DNA from: Methanobacteriota archaeon
Lineage (GTDB): Archaea > Thermoplasmatota > Thermoplasmata > SG8-5 > JAGLSY01
Assembly (NCBI GenBank): GCA_020696385.1
Contig: JAEHCQ010000010.1
Coordinates: 1 to 30,702 of the forward strand
Direction: 5' to 3'
Length of the DNA: 30,702 nt
Part shown: piece after piece, positions 6,494-16,556 of the stretch
Layout of the letters: every line of letters starts with the position of its first letter
How positions within the stretch are numbered: position 1 is the first letter of the stretch
Notes under the pieces: generated by a model
Told to the model about the DNA's origin: nothing
The model's database searches: none
Seen by the model: only the letters and a program-made list of their open reading frames with translations
Program-made: the position numbers and the translations under genes

Positions 6494-9268
6494 TTATAAT
6501 GCTCCGATTTGATTCCATGCTGATAACATTCCGAATAAAAGGAATAAACATAGCCCTGTAATGAAGATAAACCCACCTTTGGCTTTCTGCTTTGTTCCAA
6601 CATACAAACCCATTCCAAGAAGGGCTAATACACCTCCCAGGGCTATTAATGAGCCGTTTATAGATAATGGGGAACCTCCGGGCGGGTTCGCAAAGAGCCA
6701 TGATGTGTCTGATTCCTCCGGCTCGTAGATGTGGAAGTATATGCCGTATTGCACTTCCTCGCCGTTCCCCAAGTCTGGAACTGCTGTATGTTGTATCAAT
6801 ACCGTAGATCCCGAAACTGTGAAATCGTTATTTTCCCTTGAAAGTGCGCGATCATTGGTTAGATCCACGATGCGAACTTCATCCGGGTTTATCTGCCCTC
6901 CAGCATCCAGGATATTGATTTGTAGGTCCCCTGTAAATACCAGGCTTTTCGGGTTCTGCCAAATAGCCAATCCATAATAGTATGAGATCGTTCCGAGGTC
7001 TTTCATGTAATATGGGGCTTGAATGTTTGTTATCTCAGTTTGTGCATTGGTTCCGTTGTCAGCGTAGTATTTGAAGGTGAATGATCTCGTATCTGTTGTA
7101 GTCGCGGAATTGTTTAAATGGTCAAAATTCATGTGATAACCACCCATAGAAACGAGATAATGAGTGCCATGAGTGAGCCATGCGCTATTATCGATATCTC
7201 GCAATACCGCGCTTTGAAGGTCTGGAGTTAAACCGCCCTCGCTTTCCGGCACGAATGGAACCATCCAAGATATATCATACCAATCGAAAGGCGTGGTGTT
7301 ATTCAATACCAGGCTTGTATCATATAATTGGCTTGTCGCGTAGTATGTCCACCAGAATACTGCCGAATTTCTAAATGTAGTCTTTCTCACTATGCTTATG
7401 GATCTATTCGCCCAGTATGTGAGGTTTTCCGAATCGCTGTAAGCTGTTATGTCCACCAATCCCGGTATGTAGGTTAAATTAAGGAAATTAACGCCTGTTG
7501 CTGTGACATTCAGCATTATGTTTGTCGAATAGTTCCCGGAGATATACAGTTCATCGGTTAAGATTGTTGTTGTCCCGGCTGATGGGGTGGGGTCGTAGAG
7601 TGTACCCGCTTGGCCATTGACTGAGTTTAATGTGCTGGCCTCAGTGACGGCGTAAGGATGAAGCAATACGCCATCGTCTATGATTTCATTAGAAGGTTCT
7701 GTACCTGATCTTGTCAATGGTTCTATACCTTCAACCGGAGCAACTGGGAGATTCTCACCGATAACTAAAACACTGGGGGTAACCCAGGATTCTATCGTGT
7801 TTATGGTGATCGTGTTAGAATTGATATTTGTGGATATTATCTCGATCTGATTATTGCCTATGTTAATTGTGTATGTGGCATCAATCGTGAGATTATAAAA
7901 AGTTGTGGCTGATACTGTGGTCGAGCCGTTGGCTGTGCTGTCCAGCCAATCGAAACGGAACATATACAAACCCTCCCTAACTGCCATTTCCTTTAATTCC
8001 TCACTTGGGCAGTGGTCTTGATAGGGTGTGCCTGTTGAATTGTAGTAAATCGCGTATGCTGTGGTATCTGTGCGGAAGCTCTTTATGTTCATCTGGTAAA
8101 CTGGCACACTAACAGATATATCCATGTCTAAGGCATTGGCCACGAATGAAGTATTTGTTATGTGATTGTTGAAATAATCCAAAACTGTTACTGTGTAGGT
8201 ATCCCCATAGGTAACTTGATAATCTGGATTCCATACCCTTGAAGCTGTTGTATTATCGTATGAAGTGCCTGTGTTTATCGCTACTTGCCACTTTTCCCAA
8301 AAGAAGCCCTCGCCCAGTGTGGAATGATAAAGGGCTATGTGGATTGTGGTTTCGACCAGTGCCTTTTCTCTCAAAAACCACATACTGTAATATGCCTTTT
8401 CGTAGTTGATCGTGACATTATAAAAGCCAGTGCCATAATCTGTCACTGTGGCTGGCGGGATGATCGACTGGTATTCCATGCCGGAATCTACCGAGAAATT
8501 GATATAATCCTGTTGAGCTACCCAGTAATCGAATCGAATTTGCTCATGTGTGGCGTTCCAGCTTGATATGTAAGCCGGGTATCCGTTTACAGTTTCCCAG
8601 GTCGCGCCATCGACATATACCATTTCAGCTCCACTTATCGGCTCCGAAACTATTTCAATGTATGGGTCATAAGACGATTCCGCCGTGTAGAATGTTATTT
8701 GCTGTCTGTCTGTTGGTGTCGAGGCATCGTTTGAAGCTGTTAAAAAGTATTGGGTGTTTCCTGTTTTATCTATCTTGGAAGTGTCCAGAGATAAAGATAT
8801 CCAATCCCCGCCAGATATAGCTGTGGTGTCTGCAATAATGCCCTCGTAGGTTCCTGTCGCGTTCCAATCGTCCTGGTCTAATGCCACGCCGTAATCTGTG
8901 TTTGTTACTTCTATTTGGAAGTTTGCGGGCGGATAAATTAAGTTCACTCTCAGATATAGGGTTGCACTTATTATGCTGTCCGTGTCCACGATTGCCGAAG
9001 TGTCGAAAGTCAGGAATGATCTATAAGTGTAATATGCTGGAGTTGGTATTAATCTTTGCCCCAGGTTCATACTTGTTGCTGTATCGACCACTGTATTATT
9101 TATTCCGCTTAATGCCTTCGAGTAGGTTTCATCATAACAGTTTATGGAGCCATCCATAGCTGATGTTGATGGAAAGTCCACTGTGGACCCCTGCGCGTTC
9201 TCTGTCATTATAGGTATTGACCCGGCCAGCATGACAAACACCAATACCAAAATTGTTAATTTCTTCAT
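6494..9268 (-). CDS. Large type I membrane surface protein (putative spike) with N-terminal DNRLRE/CBM96-like domain
   Basis: Signal peptide; YRSFLTFDTSAI...IISATLYL...WISLSL...DPYIEI pattern; many N-x-S/T sequons; two C-terminal TM helices. Confidence 0.85.
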   Translation of the reverse strand: MKKLTILVLVFVMLAGSIPIMTENAQGSTVDFPSTSAMDGSINCYDETYSKALSGINNTVVDTATSMNLGQRLIPTPAYYTYRSFLTFDTSAIVDTDSIISATLYLRVNLIYPPANFQIEVTNTDYGVALDQDDWNATGTYEGIIADTTAISGGDWISLSLDTSKIDKTGNTQYFLTASNDASTPTDRQQITFYTAESSYDPYIEIVSEPISGAEMVYVDGATWETVNGYPAYISSWNATHEQIRFDYWVAQQDYINFSVDSGMEYQSIIPPATVTDYGTGFYNVTINYEKAYYSMWFLREKALVETTIHIALYHSTLGEGFFWEKWQVAINTGTSYDNTTASRVWNPDYQVTYGDTYTVTVLDYFNNHITNTSFVANALDMDISVSVPVYQMNIKSFRTDTTAYAIYYNSTGTPYQDHCPSEELKEMAVREGLYMFRFDWLDSTANGSTTVSATTFYNLTIDATYTINIGNNQIEIISTNINSNTITINTIESWVTPSVLVIGENLPVAPVEGIEPLTRSGTEPSNEIIDDGVLLHPYAVTEASTLNSVNGQAGTLYDPTPSAGTTTILTDELYISGNYSTNIMLNVTATGVNFLNLTYIPGLVDITAYSDSENLTYWANRSISIVRKTTFRNSAVFWWTYYATSQLYDTSLVLNNTTPFDWYDISWMVPFVPESEGGLTPDLQSAVLRDIDNSAWLTHGTHYLVSMGGYHMNFDHLNNSATTTDTRSFTFKYYADNGTNAQTEITNIQAPYYMKDLGTISYYYGLAIWQNPKSLVFTGDLQINILDAGGQINPDEVRIVDLTNDRALSRENNDFTVSGSTVLIQHTAVPDLGNGEEVQYGIYFHIYEPEESDTSWLFANPPGGSPLSINGSLIALGGVLALLGMGLYVGTKQKAKGGFIFITGLCLFLLFGMLSAWNQIGAL

Positions 9269-9272
9269 CCTT

Positions 9273-12200
9273 TTAACCTCCTAATAGGTAGTATCTTGAT
9301 AAAATGATTAGGGAAATTCCGATAAATATCAGAGTGAAATATATCCTTTTCATAGTGTCGCGCTTGATTATTGAAAATAGATCAGACATTGGGTTATATT
9401 TCATGGCCAGGAGTATTAAGCCGAATATCGCAGACAGTATGATGTAAATCCCGGCCTTTTCTATCGGGATCTGATCGCCGAATACTGTATTCACTTGTGG
9501 GCCTGGTTCTATGAATATCATTTTTGTGGTCCACATGGTCGCGCCGTTCTCCAGCTCTATTTCCAGAGTTACATTATAATAGCCTGGGGCTCCATACTCG
9601 TAGATCGGGTTTTTGTCTGTGGTTCCGTAGCCATCCCCGAAAGCCCAGTTATATTCTGATGCCTCGGTTCCGTTGTATGTGAAATAAACCGTATGGCCTT
9701 CTATATCATAGGTAAAGCCAAATGTTACAGTTGTAGATGATAGACCGCCGGAGCCTCCACCTGCTGATGCGTTGGTCGGGGTTGCTGTGGCAGTTACATT
9801 AGATGGCAGTAACTCCACTAAATTAAAAGATGTCGATATTATGCTTCTATTAGATACGGCTGTCGTTATGTATCGGGTTGTACTGCCATCGCTACTATTA
9901 ATATAAATTGGCGTTGTTGTGCCGTTTGAAATTATACTGCTGATTGCCATATTTGAAGATATAAATGTTGTTGTGCCTTCGTTGAAAGTGCAACTGTTTA
10001 GGCTTGTGGCATCTGCGAAGGTTGTATTTGTGGCAGTGTTTGATATTGTTGCATTGTACAAAGTGCCGTTCGTTGTGGTGATGTATTGGGGTGTTGAGCC
10101 GGTAAAGTTCATCGTTGATTTGCCATAGTCTGTTTGATGAATGTAGCCGTATCCTATCGCGCCATCTAGAAACGAGTCAGAGGAAGGTAAGCCGAAATAT
10201 AATAAGCCAACTGCATCTGTGCCGATATCGTCTTTGAATAATTCCAAATGCTCTATCCGAGCATCATCCCAATCGCCTGATGGCCCCACATCTAACAGAA
10301 TTTTCCCATAATCGAGCCAGCCCGAATCTATGGCATCAGAATATAATATCGCGCCCCTCCATGCGCCAGGAGATATTATTGCGTTCACTCCTAAAATATA
10401 TTTGCCAGCCCCCAATTCTGTAAATCTTGGGTTGGCTATGCCCGATCCTGTGGCCCATTCACATACAGAGGTCGTTATTATCGGATCCCCTGCGTTCTCT
10501 ACTGACCACGAGCCTGTTGGAATATCGTTGTTATCGGCAGAGGCTAAAACTATATCTATTGCCCCATGCTCGATGTACATGATCCATTTTCCAGCATCCG
10601 CGCCATACTGTAATTTCCTCACACAAGGATAATTTATGCTCCTTGTTGTCGAGAAATCGCTATCGTTTATTATTGGTGTTGTTTCTGGAACCCAAGTATA
10701 GCCATCTGTTGAAGTGGCGTAATAAACATCATAATTGCCTGTGTTACTGCCCCCAAAGAACATGATATAATCGTTTGTGCCATTCTTTATTACAGATCCG
10801 ACAAAAACATCTGCTGAAGCATCGGCCCAGGACATATCGGAAGGTTCCAATACGGGGCTTCTGCCATCCTTTACCATAGAAGCATTGCTTTTATCTGCAT
10901 TTCTTGTTAAATTTGATACCCCTACGCTTGTTAATCCGGCATTGGTCCGGCCATCATAATAAACGGTGTAAACATCTCCATTCTTTACAGGTTCTCCATA
11001 AGGGTCTGTCAATATGCAGTTATCCCTTATGCCGTATTCATCCCATGAACCGCCAGACCCTTTCGTTAATTCGGGGTTCGCATCCGATTTGATTATTTCA
11101 TTAGAATCTATCGTATCCCATATTTGATATTTGTGGGCTGTGGCTAATGATGTGTAATTGCCATTTATGACTATCGTGTTCTCTCCCGCTTGGAAAGATC
11201 CGCCATTGTTTATAGTTATATTCTCAAATGTTAAATTAGAGTTTGCCGTTAATACCCCGTTGCTCTGGCATATAACATCACCGAGATTTAACTTTGTCGC
11301 GCTGGCATCGTGTATTGATGATTTGTTTCCTGTTATATTTATTTGGTTCGCGCTGAAACTGGAGCCGTCAGATATATTGAAATGCCCGCTTAATACCAAA
11401 TTATTGTTATTTGTTTGTAGATCGAGATCGCCATCCCATAATTGTAATGTGTGGGATGCAGGCAAATTGCCGTTAAATATTACGGAATCAGAGGCGTGGC
11501 TATTGTCTATGTATACCTTAGAAAATGTATGATTCCCCGTCTTGATGGTCTGCTCTACACTACCGCATATCATTACATAACTGCTATTGCTCATTGATAA
11601 AGTAAATGATTCTGTGAAATCTGCATCTTTGTAAATTGATGGTTTGAATATCCAATTTAGAGCATCGAGTGTTATAGTGTTAGATGTTATATTGAAATCG
11701 CCATATATATGCGGAGTTCCAGCTATGTTTATATCTACATTGCCTGAATTTGAAATAATGAAATCATTATAATCCTCCGATAAGTAAAATATGTCTTGTC
11801 CTATGCTTCCGTCAAATTCAATTATCGAAGTGCCTTTTATGAAATTGCCTGATTCGGCATAATCCCCCGATATTTGTATGTGTGAGCTTTCAGCATTTAT
11901 CGTGCCCGTGGTTGCTGTTATTATTACATTCGATGAGTCCACAACACCACTACCGCATCTTAACTCTCCGTTTCTGTTCGAGCTGTAACCGATTGTTATA
12001 TCGTCTGTGATCAGATCGTATGTTACCATGTCCAGTATTGCCGTTCCTGTATAGCCTGATGCAGAATATAGAGATAGTTTACTGCCCCCGGCTGAGTGCG
12101 TTATATCTCCACCAGCCGTTATAAAAATATCTGTGTTCGATTCTGCGAATATGCTAAAGAAATTCGGGTATGTGCCAGAATCTAAAATCATGTTGGCAGA

Positions 12201-12836
12201 CATATACATTATTAGGCCAGATAATGAACCCCATCCGCTATTAGTTCCCAATTTAACAGATGAACTGTTGTCTGCTATGTTGTGAGTGTAAAGATATTGG
12301 CTTGCTCCAGATATGCCCCCAGATGTTGTACAATTATTCATATCTAAAACCCCATCTAAAACCGCCCTGGCTGTCAAAGTTACTGTTGCCGTGTCTTGTA
12401 TGGTTATATTGTGCGCCTGGATTGTTGTTGATGATACATATTTCAATTTCAATGATGCTGATGATGTAAAATTTAAATTGCCTGTGCCTTGCGTGAATGT
12501 TCCTGCCGAACTGTCAAAAGTTCCCGATAGGCTTAGTGTGTGTGTGGTCATTACGAGAGTTCCGCCCGTTTGTACTGTGACGCCTGCACAAACCTCATGG
12601 CCTGTTATTGTTACGGTGTGTGTATTGGCTATTGTGGCCGTATCCCCTGTTTGAGGATATCCGCCCCCGCCCCATGTTGCGACATCGTTCCAATCTCCTG
12701 TTTGTGTGCTTGTATAGGATGCTGTTGGCGTTGGTTGAATAGGTGATTCTCCTTTTACTGCAAGCGTGCTAAATGCTGTTATAATCATCATGGCTATGAA
12801 TAGCCCTGTAATGAGCTTCATCCTCATTTGTTTCAT
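9273..12836 (-). CDS. Giant membrane-anchored adhesin: beta-helix repeats, glycoside-hydrolase-like beta-propeller, PKD domain
   Basis: Signal peptide; TGDWNDVATWGGGGYPQTGDTATI head; propeller motifs GSWDEYGI, YATSTDGYTW, GDWDDARI; PKD YNWAFGDG...PIYEYGAPGYYNVTL; two C-terminal TMs. Confidence 0.85.
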   Translation of the reverse strand: MKQMRMKLITGLFIAMMIITAFSTLAVKGESPIQPTPTASYTSTQTGDWNDVATWGGGGYPQTGDTATIANTHTVTITGHEVCAGVTVQTGGTLVMTTHTLSLSGTFDSSAGTFTQGTGNLNFTSSASLKLKYVSSTTIQAHNITIQDTATVTLTARAVLDGVLDMNNCTTSGGISGASQYLYTHNIADNSSSVKLGTNSGWGSLSGLIMYMSANMILDSGTYPNFFSIFAESNTDIFITAGGDITHSAGGSKLSLYSASGYTGTAILDMVTYDLITDDITIGYSSNRNGELRCGSGVVDSSNVIITATTGTINAESSHIQISGDYAESGNFIKGTSIIEFDGSIGQDIFYLSEDYNDFIISNSGNVDINIAGTPHIYGDFNITSNTITLDALNWIFKPSIYKDADFTESFTLSMSNSSYVMICGSVEQTIKTGNHTFSKVYIDNSHASDSVIFNGNLPASHTLQLWDGDLDLQTNNNNLVLSGHFNISDGSSFSANQINITGNKSSIHDASATKLNLGDVICQSNGVLTANSNLTFENITINNGGSFQAGENTIVINGNYTSLATAHKYQIWDTIDSNEIIKSDANPELTKGSGGSWDEYGIRDNCILTDPYGEPVKNGDVYTVYYDGRTNAGLTSVGVSNLTRNADKSNASMVKDGRSPVLEPSDMSWADASADVFVGSVIKNGTNDYIMFFGGSNTGNYDVYYATSTDGYTWVPETTPIINDSDFSTTRSINYPCVRKLQYGADAGKWIMYIEHGAIDIVLASADNNDIPTGSWSVENAGDPIITTSVCEWATGSGIANPRFTELGAGKYILGVNAIISPGAWRGAILYSDAIDSGWLDYGKILLDVGPSGDWDDARIEHLELFKDDIGTDAVGLLYFGLPSSDSFLDGAIGYGYIHQTDYGKSTMNFTGSTPQYITTTNGTLYNATISNTATNTTFADATSLNSCTFNEGTTTFISSNMAISSIISNGTTTPIYINSSDGSTTRYITTAVSNRSIISTSFNLVELLPSNVTATATPTNASAGGGSGGLSSTTVTFGFTYDIEGHTVYFTYNGTEASEYNWAFGDGYGTTDKNPIYEYGAPGYYNVTLEIELENGATMWTTKMIFIEPGPQVNTVFGDQIPIEKAGIYIILSAIFGLILLAMKYNPMSDLFSIIKRDTMKRIYFTLIFIGISLIILSRYYLLGG

Positions 12837-12874
12837 GTTCGTTTCTCCTGTGCCATCTAAGGCAGATTGTTGGA

Positions 12875-13582
12875 TTATGGGCTTGTGTCGGTGGCTGACA
12901 TCGATATATCTACTATGTCGATTGTGATCTCTCCCACACTGCCGACATGGATCTGAATCTGTGCGTTTGTGGTTGCCTCAGATGTTCCGATCATTGAAGT
13001 TAAATCTATATTGAACATTGAATTATCGAGCATGAAGCCGTTTAATGGGTGGTCCATCCCTGCGTAATTCACACCGTCAAAATATTGGCTGTTGTTCTTT
13101 GAAAATTCAATTTGTGAGTTCTGGCCTATTGTGTAAGGCACATTCTCGATAAGTCCCTGGGTTACACCGTTGGGAATTATGAAGTTTCGCTGATCGTCAC
13201 CGTACATATAATATCCAGAGATCGAGCCTGTTAATTCTCCCTCTGTGATATCGCCTGGGGTTTCCACATCGACCAAAACATCTAAAAAGAACTCGATTTC
13301 ATACTCTCCGTTTAGATCAACCGGGGGAACATCTACATCAAAGGTAGTTAGAGGGGCATAAGAGGGTTTGAATATTGTTTGTGATGTGGATAAGTCCTCG
13401 ATGGTGATGAGGAACTCTTGGCTATCTCCTGTTGCTTTCTCGGTGATGATAATAGACATTGAGCCTGTTGGAGCATCCGAGTTATCGGCTGTTGCGTTCA
13501 TTAATACAGCTCCGCCGACTAAGGTCAGTGCCACGATCATAACTGCGAGTTTGTTCTTTATTAGAAAGTTTATTGTTTTCAT
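12875..13582 (-). CDS. Secreted or N-anchored acidic beta-rich structural protein (235 aa)
   Basis: Likely start MKTINFLIKNKLAVMIVALTLVGG at 13582 (ATGA overlap, GGAGG RBS). Confidence 0.8.
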   Translation of the reverse strand: MKTINFLIKNKLAVMIVALTLVGGAVLMNATADNSDAPTGSMSIIITEKATGDSQEFLITIEDLSTSQTIFKPSYAPLTTFDVDVPPVDLNGEYEIEFFLDVLVDVETPGDITEGELTGSISGYYMYGDDQRNFIIPNGVTQGLIENVPYTIGQNSQIEFSKNNSQYFDGVNYAGMDHPLNGFMLDNSMFNIDLTSMIGTSEATTNAQIQIHVGSVGEITIDIVDISMSATDTSP

Positions 13583-13854
13583 ATTAGCCCTCCAGATGTA
13601 TAGGTACTGTAAATTATCAGAATCATGCCGACCCCTGCGATAAACCAGAAAGGCGGGGAAACTGGCTTTTTGTGAACTATTACCGGGATGGTAGCCAGTA
13701 GAAGGAATGCTATTCCTAATATTGCCCATCCATCCATGTAATCGAGCCAGAGGACATTAAGAGCCCTCTCAAAAATAATGGCTGTTAAGCTCGCGAGGAA
13801 TACCATTGAGAATAAAAGGGCGATTGGCTGTTTTAGGAGTGCGACTAAGTTCAC
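13579..13854 (-). CDS. Small multi-TM membrane protein
   Basis: 91 aa with three hydrophobic segments; coupled to both neighbours. Confidence 0.8.
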   Translation of the reverse strand: MNLVALLKQPIALLFSMVFLASLTAIIFERALNVLWLDYMDGWAILGIAFLLLATIPVIVHKKPVSPPFWFIAGVGMILIIYSTYTSGGLI

Positions 13855-14054
13855 ATTATCAACTCCTGGATCATATCCACTGTGACTATATTCAGCAAGA
13901 ATAATGCCCCCACTACTATGAAGGCCAGGGATAATAATTTCAGAGGGCCGAATAATTTATTGAAAGAGTAAACTCCAGCCAATAAGAATATCCCCCCGAT
14001 AATTAAGCCCTGTAGCCAACTTGGGAATATGACTTGTAGAAGGCCATCTTCCAT
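13851..14054 (-). CDS. Small two-TM membrane protein
   Basis: 67-aa hydrophobic hairpin. Confidence 0.8.
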   Translation of the reverse strand: MEDGLLQVIFPSWLQGLIIGGIFLLAGVYSFNKLFGPLKLLSLAFIVVGALFLLNIVTVDMIQELIM

Positions 14055-14080
14055 TAACCCCAGGACATGAGGCGATATTA

Positions 14081-15634
14081 TCAGATCACCCCGAAGCCGA
14101 ATAATATTATCATTATCGCTATGAAGAACTCAGACCAGGCGATTATCTGGATCTTGATCTTCCAAGCCATGCTTTTTATGTAGTATAACATAACGATAGG
14201 GATTGCAATAGCCAGAGCTAACAATAATATAACTGCCAGACCCCAGGTCCATACCAAAGGCGGGGAACTGTCGGCTGGAGTGGGTGTATCGCCCGGATTC
14301 ACTGCATTGAATGTATAATCCTCGCTTTCTGCCCCTCTGCCGAGATCGTCCACTGCCCTAACATTGATTGTTATTTGCCCAGGTCGGTTGCCTGGTATTG
14401 TAAATTGATATGTTGCTTCCCCGTTTGCATCTGCGTTTTCATCGTGTTTTAGGACAATATACTGCTCGACCTGATCCACCCCAGGCATTTGCCAGGGTGT
14501 GCCATACCAAACATATATTCTGAAATAATCGATTGGGCTTCCGCTTTCTGCATTGGGTATGCCTTTAAGGTCAAGTGTGACTGTTGAACCTGTGATTTGT
14601 GTTGTGTCCACATTTTGAATGGTTCCTGTTGGATCACCTGGAATGACTGGCACTGGATCTTCTGGATTGTCTGGGTCTGTTGGTGGTGTGATTGGCGAAC
14701 CCCCTCCCGATGGAGCGAGCTGGACATTGTCATTTACCCAGATGGCGTCTTGTGTGCCTCTGAATTTACCGTTGATGATTTCCACGATTGCTTCATTATC
14801 TCCCGACAATAAGAACCAATCTTCGGGAATGTCGGCCTGTACATCGCCATTGAAATCATCTGGTACAGTTCCGAGATCAATAACTTCATTGCCTGTGTGA
14901 TCGGGGCCAATTATTCTTAAATCGAAGCCAGCCCCTCCGCTTGAATGTGTTACTACTGGAATGTCGATTTCAGTTCCAGCCTCGACTATATCTTCCTCGA
15001 AATAAACATAGGCATTACCGCTTTTCAGATTGGCCGAGTATTCTCCCATGAATTGTTTTTCGTATGTGTTTGTGCGAGTTGTTAAATATGGATCGTCACT
15101 CACTTCAATATTAGCATAAAGTTTGACGGTTAAAACACCATCTTCATCCCCTGTTAGTTGATATGCTGGAGGCTTTGCGAATTGCCATGTTTCGTGATTT
15201 GTGTCGTAACCATCTGCGCTATCTACTAAATTGACTTTCCCTGTGAGGATCGGGGAGATGTGTCTTATGGTTCCATCCACCCAATATTCATAATAATATT
15301 CTGAATCTATTTCTCCCTTTGTTAGCCATAATGGTTGATCTGCAACTCTGAAATCTACAAATATGGGGGCATCCTCAACAGATATATATTCAGATAGATA
15401 ACTGCCATCGCTGGCTTTCCAGCCGGTAATGTATTCATTTGCATTAAGTTCTATGTGTGATAGCGAGTGGCAAACTTTATCACCATCTATATAATAATTT
15501 GATCCGATAGGTGATATTGTGCCTATTGTCAAAGTTTGGAAATTCCCCCCTACCATAATGGCCAGTAATAAAATGACCATTAATGAGATTGCTATTTTGC
15601 TCTTTGCCAGTTTCATAATCATTGATCGCAACAT
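14081..15634 (-). CDS. Membrane-anchored surface protein with Pro-rich linker (candidate spike/fusion protein)
   Basis: N-terminal hydrophobic segment; acidic beta-rich ectodomain; SPITPPTDPDNPEDPVPVIPGDP linker; Ig-like segment ending INVRAVDDLG; two C-terminal TMs. Confidence 0.82.
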   Translation of the reverse strand: MLRSMIMKLAKSKIAISLMVILLLAIMVGGNFQTLTIGTISPIGSNYYIDGDKVCHSLSHIELNANEYITGWKASDGSYLSEYISVEDAPIFVDFRVADQPLWLTKGEIDSEYYYEYWVDGTIRHISPILTGKVNLVDSADGYDTNHETWQFAKPPAYQLTGDEDGVLTVKLYANIEVSDDPYLTTRTNTYEKQFMGEYSANLKSGNAYVYFEEDIVEAGTEIDIPVVTHSSGGAGFDLRIIGPDHTGNEVIDLGTVPDDFNGDVQADIPEDWFLLSGDNEAIVEIINGKFRGTQDAIWVNDNVQLAPSGGGSPITPPTDPDNPEDPVPVIPGDPTGTIQNVDTTQITGSTVTLDLKGIPNAESGSPIDYFRIYVWYGTPWQMPGVDQVEQYIVLKHDENADANGEATYQFTIPGNRPGQITINVRAVDDLGRGAESEDYTFNAVNPGDTPTPADSSPPLVWTWGLAVILLLALAIAIPIVMLYYIKSMAWKIKIQIIAWSEFFIAIMIILFGFGVI

Positions 15635-15919
15635 CTAACCCACCACCAGGCCGAACCATTCCGGCTTTACGAAAACAGAAATAGCCGATACAAAGAATAA
15701 TAGGGAAATTACGAGTTTCCAGAGTGGCCGAGATGTGAGGAAAGGGCTGATTAAGAAGCCGATCCCGATCACGATAAGGCCAGCCATTATCAGAATATGA
15801 GGCATTGTTAGAAGGATTGGAAGCCCGAATAATGCAAATATAATTATTCCGATGCCTGTTATCGCCAATACAGATGGTCTTTTCATTAGATTCCCGATTA
15901 AACTTATTGTTGGATTCAT
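15635..15919 (-). CDS. Small multi-TM membrane protein (94 aa)
   Basis: Likely start MNPTISLIG; strongly hydrophobic. Confidence 0.8.
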   Translation of the reverse strand: MNPTISLIGNLMKRPSVLAITGIGIIIFALFGLPILLTMPHILIMAGLIVIGIGFLISPFLTSRPLWKLVISLLFFVSAISVFVKPEWFGLVVG

Positions 15920-15920
15920 A

Positions 15921-16088
15921 TCATGCGCCCCCACTCAGTACAAACAAACCGATGAATAAGACTATGAATAGAGATATGATGATGATTCCAGCGATCCATA
16001 TATATCTAAGGAAAAAGGCCCTGAATGGCTTTGATTTGACCAGTAATATTAAGACCAATACCGCAAAAATGAAAGTTAAATAGTCCAT
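15921..16088 (-). CDS. Small two-TM membrane protein (55 aa)
   Basis: Likely start MDYLTFIFAVLVLILL after GGGAGG. Confidence 0.78.
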   Translation of the reverse strand: MDYLTFIFAVLVLILLVKSKPFRAFFLRYIWIAGIIIISLFIVLFIGLFVLSGGA

Positions 16089-16090
16089 GT

Positions 16091-16552
16091 TCAAGCCTCC
16101 CAAACCCAAACTAAACAAGTTGTGCCGTGATTGTTATTCGTTACTATGAAGCCCAGGGCTCCATTTCCAGGGGCGTACATTCCCCCATATTCCACATTCC
16201 AGTCTATGAGAGTAGAAGTTGGAGTGCCTACGACATTGATGGTGTCAGATGTTACTATCGTGGCCGTGTCTGGTGTTGGCCCATGTAGCATAACTATCTG
16301 ATATTGTCCATCTTCATACCAATAAGATGTGAGCTGTGCGCCTGTGACCTCATAGCCGACCCTAACATCTGCCAAAGAATCGTGTAGGTTGTCCACCCTC
16401 ACATCATCTTCCGGCAATATGCTTAGATCCTCAGCCATTTCCTCGACTATGCCATCATTTGAGCTTTCGTAATCGCCCCAATTAAGCATAAGCATACTTC
16501 CCAAGATCAGTATAATTATCAACAATAAGGCCGTTCCAAGTCCGATTTTCAT
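16091..16552 (-). CDS. N-terminally anchored structural protein (153 aa)
   Basis: Likely start MKIGLGTALLLIIILILG; acidic ectodomain. Confidence 0.8.
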   Translation of the reverse strand: MKIGLGTALLLIIILILGSMLMLNWGDYESSNDGIVEEMAEDLSILPEDDVRVDNLHDSLADVRVGYEVTGAQLTSYWYEDGQYQIVMLHGPTPDTATIVTSDTINVVGTPTSTLIDWNVEYGGMYAPGNGALGFIVTNNNHGTTCLVWVWEA

Positions 16553-16556
16553 ATTA

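Noticed and set aside
6494-12836. Diversity-generating retroelement or shufflon acting on the adhesins
   Set aside because: No reverse transcriptase, no template/variable repeat pair and no inverted alternative C-termini were seen.
4052-15000. Numerous plus-strand ORFs antisense to long minus-strand genes
   Set aside because: Shadow ORFs without RBS or motifs, opposite well-supported genes.
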